DNA from: Clostridia bacterium
GTDB taxonomy: Bacteria > Bacillota > Clostridia > Christensenellales > UBA1242
Direction: 5' to 3'
Assembly: GCA_028709705.1 (NCBI GenBank)
Contig: JAQVWL010000001.1
Location: 25,728 to 89,727, forward strand
Length of the DNA stretch: 64,000 bases
The notes under the pieces were generated by a model. That model made no database searches. It was not told where the DNA came from and saw only the letters and a list, made by a program, of their open reading frames with translations. Position 1 is the first letter of the stretch; every line of letters starts with the position of its first letter. Of this stretch, positions 54,304-62,011 are shown one piece after another. A program made the position numbers and the translations under genes.

Positions 54304-54966
54304 TTATTCCCAATTTATTGGAGTTTTTTTATTTTTTATCAAAATTTCATTGATTTTTGAAAAATGTTTGCAACCAAAAAAACCATTGTACGCGGATAGT
54401 GGGCTTGGGTGCGGTGCAGACAAAATTATGTGCTTATCCTTGTCTATCAATGGTGCAAAAACTTTTGCGTTGTTGCCCCAAAGCACAAAAATCACTTGCT
54501 CATTTTTTTGATTAACCAATTTTATTATTTCTTGTGTAAAAATTTCCCAACCCTTGTTTTTGTGCGAGTTTGGCAAGTTTTGCCTTACGGTTAAAACAGT
54601 GTTTAAAAGCAAAACACCTTGCACGGCCCAGCGACCAAGGTTTCCACTTGATTTGCATTTTATGTTCAAATCACTTTCAATTTCTTTGAAAATATTTTTG
54701 AGTGAAGGTGGCAAAGCAACGCCGTCTTGAACAGCAAAGCAAAGCCCAAATGCTTGATTTTGTTGGTGATAAGGGTCTTGACCAATAACAACAACTTTTA
54801 TATCATCATACTTGCAAAAGTTTAAGGCATTAAAAATATTTTCTATTTTTGGATAAATTGTTTGCAACAAATATTCTTCTTTTAAAAAGGTTTGCAATTT
54901 TTTAAAATATTCTTTTTCAAATTCGCTTTTTAACAAATTGTGCCAATTTTTTGTAATCTTTATCAT
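54304..54966 (-). CDS. ung: Uracil-DNA glycosylase (family 1)
   Basis: VVIGQDPYH, GVLLLN and SAPHPSPLSA motifs. Start at MIKITKNW (54966). Confidence 0.93.
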   Translation of the reverse strand: MIKITKNWHNLLKSEFEKEYFKKLQTFLKEEYLLQTIYPKIENIFNALNFCKYDDIKVVVIGQDPYHQQNQAFGLCFAVQDGVALPPSLKNIFKEIESDLNIKCKSSGNLGRWAVQGVLLLNTVLTVRQNLPNSHKNKGWEIFTQEIIKLVNQKNEQVIFVLWGNNAKVFAPLIDKDKHIILSAPHPSPLSAYNGFFGCKHFSKINEILIKNKKTPINWE

Positions 54967-55066
54967 ATAAATATATATAACACATTTGCAAAAAATTTTC
55001 AATATAATTAAAATTTCTTGCAAAATTTTCATTTTGTGTTATAATATATCAAATTTAGGAGTTGAA

Positions 55067-55450
55067 ATGGATATAGCAAAAATAACAAAAAATTTTGGCA
55101 ATGCTTTTGAAGTCAAAAAAATAACTGAAAGTTTAATTCAAATTCAAACGAGTGTCAATTTTCCCAATGGCAAACCAATTGTTTTGTTCCTTGAAAAGCA
55201 AGAAAATATATGGATTTTAAACGACAAAAAACAAATCTTAAAATTTATGAATGAAATGTATGTTTTAGACGCAAAAGATATAAAAAACTGCATAAAAAGC
55301 GTTTTGTTAATTAACAAAGCAAAAATGAAAAGTGGTTTAATGTTTTTGGAAATACCGAATGAAGATTCAGTTCCAACCAAAGTTTTAGAATTTTTGATGT
55401 TTACCGCTCAACTTGTAAATATGCGTGCTTTTTTTGAAGAACCTGTATAA
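55067..55450 (+). CDS. Hypothetical protein (127 aa)
   Basis: AGGAG RBS before ATG 55067. No motif recognised. Confidence 0.5.
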   Translation: MDIAKITKNFGNAFEVKKITESLIQIQTSVNFPNGKPIVLFLEKQENIWILNDKKQILKFMNEMYVLDAKDIKNCIKSVLLINKAKMKSGLMFLEIPNEDSVPTKVLEFLMFTAQLVNMRAFFEEPV

Positions 55451-55460
55451 AAATTTGATT

Positions 55461-55488
55461 ATCCGTTAAGTTTAACGGATTTTTTTTA
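55461..55488 (+). terminator. Rho-independent terminator
   Basis: ATCCGTTAA/TTAACGGAT stem followed by a T7 run. Confidence 0.75.
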
Positions 55489-55496
55489 TATAAAAA

Positions 55497-55768
55497 AACC
55501 GTACAAATCGCTTTGTTAAAACTAAATTAAAAAATCTAAAATAAAAACAACTCCACCAAAGCTACCATATGGCACATAAAATCACTTGCTTATTGTTGCT
55601 GTCTTCCGACCCTCACAAGGTTCACAAGGTTTTATTGCATAAGACCTTAATTTCAACATTGCTCAAAAAATAAATTTTTTAACTAGACTTTACCGAGGCA
55701 ATTCATCAGTTCTGCTATAGCGGATTGCAGATTACAGGGCACCGCTGGCTCCCCACTTAGTACGGCAA
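55497..55768 (-). ncRNA. ffs: Signal recognition particle RNA, long (Bacillus-type, Alu-domain-containing) form
   Basis: Minus-strand reading GCCGTACTAAGTGGGGAGCCAGCGGTGCCCTGTAATCTGCAATCCGCTATAGCAG... matches the remembered B. subtilis scRNA 5' domain. Domain IV core GGGTCGGAAGACAGCAAC...ATGTGCC. The 3' end GTACGG pairs with the 5' CCGTAC and is followed by a T run. About 270 nt. Confidence 0.85.
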
Positions 55769-55772
55769 AAAC

Positions 55773-55800
55773 ATTATAACACAAAATTTTCAAATTGCAA
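55773..55800 (-). promoter_or_regulatory. Sigma-A promoter of the SRP RNA gene
   Basis: Minus-strand reading is TTGCAA (55800-55795), a 16-nt spacer, then TGTTATAAT (extended -10; TATAAT at 55778-55773). Confidence 0.65.
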
Positions 55801-55860
55801 TATTTTTTTAAAGTGTTTTTATGGCGAAAATTAATTTGGAAAATTTTATGAGAGTAGCAA

Positions 55861-56025
55861 GGGTCAACGGGACGTTAGCAACTGACACGAATGGGCGAAG
55901 CCCGAGTGTCATGTTGGCTACGTCCCCTTGACCTTGGGTTTTGTTGTTTTGGGGTCAAGGGGACGTAGCACCCTTGACCTTTCGCCTACGGCTCGTGTCA
56001 ATTGCTAGCGTCCCCGTTGACCTTT
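55861..56025. repeat. GC-rich four-unit hairpin repeat element, copy B (REPIN/MITE-like)
   Basis: Units at 55862-55886 (+), 55913-55933 (-), 55953-55970 (+) and 55997-56022 (-). The termini GGGTCAAC.../...CCCCGTTGACCTTTGT match copy A at 11799-12025. Confidence 0.8.
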
Positions 56026-56121
56026 GTCCGCAACTCAAATACTTAAAGCGATTTATTCTAGCAGTGCAATTCACTTGCAATAAACACGCAATTTTGATAT
56101 AATATTGTTTAGGAGTTTTTT

Positions 56122-56859
56122 ATGCAAACAGAAAAAAATATAAAATTAACCTATGCAAAAAGATTTATTAATGCCTACAATCTTATTGACCAAGAACTTA
56201 GAGAAAGACACAATTTTAGAAGAAGTATGGGTTTTTCGGATATGATAAGAAAGGCAGTTGTTGTCAATTTTATTGTTAGAAAATATGAAGATGAATTGAT
56301 TGATTATGGCAGACTACGAAATGCAATAATTCACAAAAGCAATGACGAGTTTTTGATTGCCGAACCGCACAAAGACGTTGTGGAACAGTTTGAAAAAATT
56401 GCTGAACTTATTTCTGCTCCTCCAAAAGTTTTTGACACTGTTTGCACCAAAAATGTTTTAACAGTGCAGTTTGACACAAGCATAAAAGATGTAATAAAAC
56501 TTATTTATCAATCAACATTTAGCAACTTGCCCATTTACAAAAACGGCGGTTTAATAGGTGTTGCAAATGGTCAAAAAATTTTGAATGTTCTTGGTCAAAA
56601 AATTGCCGAAAAAGTCAATATAGAAGATTTTTTATGTAATACAAAAATTGAAGATTTGGTGCAAAATTTTGTAGATATAAAATATTTTGAAGTTGTGCCA
56701 ATTAACATAACCATTGAAGAAGCACTGGATATGTTCTACAAAAACCGCAAATTGCTAATAATAATATTAACAAAAACAGGCAGTATGGAAGAACCGCCAA
56801 TAGGAATATTAACGCCAACAGACATAATGGATATGAACAAAATTTTGGACACTTATTAA
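56122..56859 (+). CDS. CBS-pair protein with an N-terminal helical domain carrying an Rx4H (HEPN-like) motif
   Basis: The C-terminal half has two CBS-like repeats. The N-terminal part contains YGRLRNAIIHKS. A TTGCAA-N17-TATAAT promoter lies upstream, with an AGGAG RBS. Confidence 0.7.
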   Translation: MQTEKNIKLTYAKRFINAYNLIDQELRERHNFRRSMGFSDMIRKAVVVNFIVRKYEDELIDYGRLRNAIIHKSNDEFLIAEPHKDVVEQFEKIAELISAPPKVFDTVCTKNVLTVQFDTSIKDVIKLIYQSTFSNLPIYKNGGLIGVANGQKILNVLGQKIAEKVNIEDFLCNTKIEDLVQNFVDIKYFEVVPINITIEEALDMFYKNRKLLIIILTKTGSMEEPPIGILTPTDIMDMNKILDTY

Positions 56860-56873
56860 AAAAGGGAGAAAAT

Positions 56874-57578
56874 ATGTTAGATGTTATATATGAAGACAAT
56901 CAAATAATTGTTGTTGTAAAACCACAAAATGTGCCATCACAACAAGATGCAACAAACGACCCAGATATGCTTTCAATGGTGAAGCAGTATATAAAAGAAA
57001 AATATAACAAAACAGGCGAAGCGTTTGTGGGACTTGTTCACAGACTAGATAGACCAACAGGTGGGGTTATGGTTTTTGCAAAAAACTCAAAATCTGCCAG
57101 TCGGCTTTCTGCACAAATTATTGATGGAAGTTTTGAAAAAACATATTTAGCGGTTGTAAAAGGCAAACCAAGACACGAAAAAAATCGTTTGGTTGATTAT
57201 ATAAAAAAAGATTTACGAGAAAACAAAGCGAGCATAGTTCCAATGGCAGAAAAAGATGCAAAGCGAGCAGAACTTGAATATCAAGTTTTAGAAACTGTGG
57301 ATAATTTGTCATTGTGCAAAATAAATTTACAAACAGGCAGAGGGCATCAAATAAGAGTGCAAATGGCAAATATAGGCAATAGTTTGTATGGCGATGCAAA
57401 ATATGGGAAAATTGACAAAACTCAAAATCTAAAAACATCAAATCTTGCGCTTTGGGCAACATATTTAAGGTTTAATCACCCAACGCAAGACAAAGTAATG
57501 CTTTTTAAAGTTTTTCCACCAGAAGAAAAAGCCCCTTGGGATAAGTTCAATTTAGAAAAATCAATAAAATCAATTTAA
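56874..57578 (+). CDS. RluA-family pseudouridine synthase
   Basis: LVHRLDRPTGGVMVFAKN catalytic-Asp motif and GRGHQIRVQMA. Confidence 0.9.
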   Translation: MLDVIYEDNQIIVVVKPQNVPSQQDATNDPDMLSMVKQYIKEKYNKTGEAFVGLVHRLDRPTGGVMVFAKNSKSASRLSAQIIDGSFEKTYLAVVKGKPRHEKNRLVDYIKKDLRENKASIVPMAEKDAKRAELEYQVLETVDNLSLCKINLQTGRGHQIRVQMANIGNSLYGDAKYGKIDKTQNLKTSNLALWATYLRFNHPTQDKVMLFKVFPPEEKAPWDKFNLEKSIKSI

Positions 57579-57588
57579 GGAGATTTTT

Positions 57589-59385
57589 GTGAAAGAAAGA
57601 AAAGATATACCCGAAAAGTACAAATGGGACTTGTCGCAATACTGCAAAAATTTTGAAGACTGCGAAACAAGATTGATAGTTTTGCAAAAACAAATGCAAA
57701 AAATCAAAGATTTTGAAAGCAAATTGACTGAACAAAATGAAAATTTGATTTTTGAATGTCTAAAATTTGATAGTGAAATTTCTCAAAAACTAGAAATATT
57801 ATTTGTTTATTCGCATTTAAGATTGTCTGAAAACTTAACCGATAGTAAGGCGGTAGAACTAAAAGATAAAGTGGAAAATGTTTGCACTGAATTTGGAACA
57901 ATCACAAGTTTTATTTTGGTGGAACTTGGCAATCTTTCAACCAAATTTTTGGAAAAATTGATGAAAAATTCAAAATATCCGCAATTTTTTAACACTTTTA
58001 AGGAAATTATTAGGGATAAACCCCACATTTTAAGTCTAAAAGAAGAAGTTTTGCTTTCAAAAGTTGGCAATTTTTCTGGCGGATTTTCAGACAGTTTTGA
58101 TATGCTAGACAGTTCTGACATCAAATTTAAAAGCGTAAAAGATAGCAAAGGTAAATTCCACGAACTAAATCACTCATCTTACAACAAACTAACTCAAAGT
58201 CAAGACAGAGTTTTGCGAAAAAATGCCTTTAAAAATATGAATGGTGCGTATGGCGAATATAACAACACTATTTCTCAACTTTTTATAAATTCAATCAAAA
58301 AGAGATATTTTTACAGCGAAGTAAAAAATTTTTCTTCTTCTCTGGAAGCAAGTATGTTTTATGAAGAAGTTAGCGACAAAGTTTATAACACACTGATAAA
58401 TTCTGTTAACAAAAATTTAGATTTGGCTTATGAAATTTACGAAACAAAACGCAAGTTGTTGGGGCAAAAACAAATTGCAAATTATGATATGCACGCAACT
58501 ATTAGTTATAAATTAGATTTAAAAATAACATACGAGCAAAGCATAGAATTATTAAAAAAAGCACTAAAACCACTTGGTGAAAATTATATTTCATTACTCG
58601 AAAAGGCAAAAAATGAAAAATGGATAGATGTTTTTGATAATACGGGGAAAGACACAGGTCAATTTTCTTGGGGTGCCTATGGCGCAAATCCAATAGTTTT
58701 TTTAAGATTTAATGATAGTTTTGATTCGCTTTCAACGCTTGCACACGAATTGGGACATTGCTTTCACTCTTATTATTCAGACAAAAATCAACCCTTTGAA
58801 AACGCACAATATGCAGTTTTTGTTGCCGAAGTGGCAAGCCAAGTTAATGAAGTGCTTTTGTTGTTTTATCTAATTGAAACTGCAAAAAACAAGCAAGAAA
58901 AAATATGTTATTATGAAAAATTTTTTAATATGTTTAGAGATAGCGTGATAAGGCAAACAATATTTGCAGAGTTTGAAGTTTTTGCACACAGTGAATATCA
59001 AAAAACAAAAGCCTTGTCAAAAGACATATTAAACAACAAATATTTTGAACTTAACCAAAAATATTTTGGCAAAAATGTTGAAATTTTGCCAGAAACAAAA
59101 TTTGAATGGAGCAGAGTACCGCATTTTTATAAAAGTTTTTATGTTTATAAATATTCAACAGGTTTGATATCTGCAATTCAAATCGCAACAAAGATTTTCA
59201 AGCAAGAACCAAATGCAAAAGAAAATTATATAAAATTTTTGTCAAGCGGTAGTACTCTACCGCCAGTAGAGTTGCTCAAAATAGCGGGCGTTGACCTTGA
59301 AAATGAAAAAACCTTTGAAGAAGTTTTTGCTTACATCAAAAGTTTATTATCCGAACTAAAAGATTTAGAAACCTGTGTCTTGTGA
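57589..59385 (+). CDS. pepF: Oligoendopeptidase F (M3B)
   Basis: HELGHCFHS zinc motif. 598 aa. GTG start after GGAG. Confidence 0.92.
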   Translation: MKERKDIPEKYKWDLSQYCKNFEDCETRLIVLQKQMQKIKDFESKLTEQNENLIFECLKFDSEISQKLEILFVYSHLRLSENLTDSKAVELKDKVENVCTEFGTITSFILVELGNLSTKFLEKLMKNSKYPQFFNTFKEIIRDKPHILSLKEEVLLSKVGNFSGGFSDSFDMLDSSDIKFKSVKDSKGKFHELNHSSYNKLTQSQDRVLRKNAFKNMNGAYGEYNNTISQLFINSIKKRYFYSEVKNFSSSLEASMFYEEVSDKVYNTLINSVNKNLDLAYEIYETKRKLLGQKQIANYDMHATISYKLDLKITYEQSIELLKKALKPLGENYISLLEKAKNEKWIDVFDNTGKDTGQFSWGAYGANPIVFLRFNDSFDSLSTLAHELGHCFHSYYSDKNQPFENAQYAVFVAEVASQVNEVLLLFYLIETAKNKQEKICYYEKFFNMFRDSVIRQTIFAEFEVFAHSEYQKTKALSKDILNNKYFELNQKYFGKNVEILPETKFEWSRVPHFYKSFYVYKYSTGLISAIQIATKIFKQEPNAKENYIKFLSSGSTLPPVELLKIAGVDLENEKTFEEVFAYIKSLLSELKDLETCVL

Positions 59386-59718
59386 TTGTTGTGAATGTTG
59401 AGTTTGCTCTGGTTGTGTAAAATGTTTGTGTGGTCTTGGACCGCCACCTTGACAACAAAACATTCCGCCTAACAAAATTGTGAACATTGGATTAAAACAC
59501 GTATGTTGTCTGCAAGGGTTACAGGGTCTGCAAGGGCAACAAGGTATGCAAGGTTTTGGGCAACAGGGTGTACAAGGTTTTGGGCAACAAGGTCTACAAA
59601 AATTGCAACCGCAATCATGCCCGCAACCACCTCCGCCGAAGTGACCTTGATGTCCGCAACCAAAGTTGGAGCCAATCCCGCCTCTAAAAAGTGGATTATT
59701 ATAAAATTGATTCATCAT
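59365..59718 (-). CDS. Cys/Pro/Gly-rich small protein (117 aa)
   Basis: GGGAGG RBS 5 nt before ATGATG (59718). The sequence contains CRPCCPKPCTPCCPKPCIPCCPCRPCNPC, and I count 19 Cys by hand. The locally GC-richer DNA explains the long antisense track ORFs. Confidence 0.6.
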   Translation of the reverse strand: MMNQFYNNPLFRGGIGSNFGCGHQGHFGGGGCGHDCGCNFCRPCCPKPCTPCCPKPCIPCCPCRPCNPCRQHTCFNPMFTILLGGMFCCQGGGPRPHKHFTQPEQTQHSQQSQDTGF

Positions 59719-59781
59719 TTGTCCTCCCAAAATCATAGTATGAAAAAATTTGAAAAAAGTGTTTTGTCAAAGGAGAAAAAT

Positions 59782-60267
59782 TTGGAAAAAACAAAATTAA
59801 CAAAAAAATGCCCAAGATGCAATGAAAAAACTTATATAAATGCAAAAAAGTGCGATAACTGCGGTTTGATTTTTTCCAGACTAGAATATTTGTCAAACAA
59901 AGAAGCAAAAACTGCAATGTTGAAAGGCGAAAAAGAAAAAATAATTTACACAAGTGATTTTCCAAGAGATTTACAACGATGGAAAGCGATTGTTTTGTGT
60001 GCTTTAGGTGGCGCGCTAGGTCTTCACAACATATATGTTGGAAGGTATATAAAAGGCATTTTTTCCTTGATTTTTACAGTTTTAACTGCAATTTTTATAC
60101 TTGTTTTGGAAGGCAATGTGCTTGCAAGTTTATATGAAATTTATTTGTTTATCCCCGGTGCTTTGGTTTTTATTTTTTGGTTTTATGATTTGTTTTTGCT
60201 TTTGTTAAACAAGTATAAAGTGCCAGTTGCGTTAGATATGCCGTTAGAAAAAAGGGAATTAAAATAG
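59782..60267 (+). CDS. TM2-domain membrane protein with an N-terminal zinc ribbon
   Basis: CPRCNEKTYINAKKCDNCG followed by GGALGLHNIYVGRYIKG (TM2 domain). TTG 59782 lies 6 nt after AAGGAG. The alternative ATG 59740 lacks an SD. The track ORF start at 59503 is antisense to the Cys-rich gene and is rejected. Confidence 0.65.
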   Translation: MEKTKLTKKCPRCNEKTYINAKKCDNCGLIFSRLEYLSNKEAKTAMLKGEKEKIIYTSDFPRDLQRWKAIVLCALGGALGLHNIYVGRYIKGIFSLIFTVLTAIFILVLEGNVLASLYEIYLFIPGALVFIFWFYDLFLLLLNKYKVPVALDMPLEKRELK

Positions 60268-60268
60268 T

Positions 60269-61339
60269 ATGGAAACTGTTGTTGTTGGAATGAGTGGCGG
60301 GGTTGATAGTTCCGTTTCCGCCTATTTGCTAAAAAAACAAGGCTATAATGTTATTGGTCTTTTTATGGTAAATTGGGAAGAAGAAGGCTGTTGCACTGCC
60401 GAAAATGATTATGAAGATGTAAAAAGAGTTTGCAACAAAATTGGCATACCTTATTTTTCTGTAAACTATTCAAAACAGTATTACGATAAAGTTTTTAAAT
60501 ATTTTTTGGAGCAATACAAAAAGGGCAACACGCCCAATCCTGATGTTCTTTGCAACAAAGAAGTCAAGTTTGGGCCGTTTTTGGAGCAAGCAAAAAAACT
60601 TGGGGCGGACTATATTGCAACGGGACACTATGCAAAAAAAATTGTTGAAAATGGAAAATATCTTCTTGCCAAAGCAAAAGATTTGAACAAAGACCAATCA
60701 TATTTTTTGAACCAATTAAGTCAAAAACAATTAGAAAAAGTTTTGTTTCCACTTTGTGAAATAGAAAAACCAGAAGTCAGAAAAATTGCCGAAGAAATAG
60801 GACTTTCAACCGCCAAAAAGAAGGATTCAACAGGTATTTGCTTTATTGGAGAGCGTAACTTCAAAAAGTTTTTGAAAACATTTTTACCAGCAAAAAAGGG
60901 TGAAATAGTAACCCAAAACGGTGAAAGAGTTGGCACTCACGATGGCTTGATGTTTTACACTTTGGGACAAAGGCGGGGGCTTAATATTGGTGGCAAAAGT
61001 GGTGGAAGTGGCGAGCGTTGGTTTGTGCTTACAAAAGACCTAAAAAACAATCAACTTATTGTTTCACAAGGCGAAGATGATGCTTTGTTTTCAAAAAGTT
61101 TGGTTTGCAAACAATTTAATTGGATACCTTCACAACCAACGCAATATGAGTTTGATTGCTTTGCAAAATTTAGATACCGCCAACCAGACCAAGCGGTTAA
61201 AGTTCTTATAAAAGAAAATAAAATAGAAATTGTTTTCAAACAAAGGCAAAGAGCGGTAACACCAGGACAATATGCGGTTTTGTATGACAAAAATGGCATT
61301 TGCTTGGGTGGTGGCGAAATAGAAGAAGTGTTTTTTTAA
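60269..61339 (+). CDS. mnmA: tRNA 2-thiouridine(34) synthase MnmA
   Basis: VVGMSGGVDSSVSA PP-loop, and NPDVLCN and DSTGICF cysteines. Confidence 0.96.
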   Translation: METVVVGMSGGVDSSVSAYLLKKQGYNVIGLFMVNWEEEGCCTAENDYEDVKRVCNKIGIPYFSVNYSKQYYDKVFKYFLEQYKKGNTPNPDVLCNKEVKFGPFLEQAKKLGADYIATGHYAKKIVENGKYLLAKAKDLNKDQSYFLNQLSQKQLEKVLFPLCEIEKPEVRKIAEEIGLSTAKKKDSTGICFIGERNFKKFLKTFLPAKKGEIVTQNGERVGTHDGLMFYTLGQRRGLNIGGKSGGSGERWFVLTKDLKNNQLIVSQGEDDALFSKSLVCKQFNWIPSQPTQYEFDCFAKFRYRQPDQAVKVLIKENKIEIVFKQRQRAVTPGQYAVLYDKNGICLGGGEIEEVFF

Positions 61340-61429
61340 ACACAAATTTTGTATTTTTTTGTAGTATTACCACCAATTTATTTGACTAAATTTTACAACT
61401 TGTGATACAATATATTTTGGAGTATTGCA

Positions 61430-61924
61430 TTGAAAAAATTTGGTTTTGCAAAAATTCTTTTAGCAATTGTTTGTGTTTCGTTGGCGTGTACAACGATTGT
61501 TTATGCATTTAGCGAAAGATTAAGATTGCAATACTTAATGGGTTTTAACCCGAATTACAAATTTACAATCAGTTTGTCAACCGATGGAATAAATTATCAA
61601 AACATATATGATAATTCAGGGCAAATCACAATATCTGAAAACAATTTTACCATTACACCAGAAATAAACAACGAAATCAAAATTGCAAACAGTTTTTCAA
61701 ATTTGGCTCAAATAGTTTACATAAAAATTTTTAATCATACCTTAAACACAACCTTGGAAGCAACGGTTTCAAGTTTGAGTATTTATGAAACAACAGCCGA
61801 AGTTTCAGGCATAACTTCACAAACCGCTGTCTATAACGCAACTTCAAGTGCCATAACAATAGATTTGGGAACAGGTATAAACGCAGAAGACAATATCATA
61901 ATTGGTCTTACTATTAGTAATTGA
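61430..61924 (+). CDS. Hypothetical secreted/anchored protein (164 aa, TTG start)
   Basis: N-terminal hydrophobic segment ILLAIVCVSLACTTIVYA. GGAG RBS. No motif recognised. Confidence 0.45.
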   Translation: MKKFGFAKILLAIVCVSLACTTIVYAFSERLRLQYLMGFNPNYKFTISLSTDGINYQNIYDNSGQITISENNFTITPEINNEIKIANSFSNLAQIVYIKIFNHTLNTTLEATVSSLSIYETTAEVSGITSQTAVYNATSSAITIDLGTGINAEDNIIIGLTISN

Positions 61925-61949
61925 TTATATTAGTAGTCTTTTATATAAT

Positions 61950-61958
61950 CCCCCCCCC
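61950..61958. repeat. Poly-C homopolymer (C9) in the promoter region of the ABC exporter gene
   Basis: TATAATCCCCCCCCCTTG. Nine consecutive C residues stand out in an AT-rich intergenic region, between two TATAAT hexamers (61944-49 and 61972-77). Confidence 0.9.
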
Positions 61959-62011
61959 TTGTAATTTAGTTTATAATAGGGTATATTAGTGAAGAAAAAG
62001 GGAGATTTACT

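Noticed and set aside
59503-59781. 5' part of track ORF 59503..60267 (and track ORF 59469..59675)
   Set aside because: These are open frames on or opposite the Cys/Pro-rich gene, caused by its GC-rich, stop-poor composition. The TM2-domain gene has a proper AAGGAG-TTG start at 59782.
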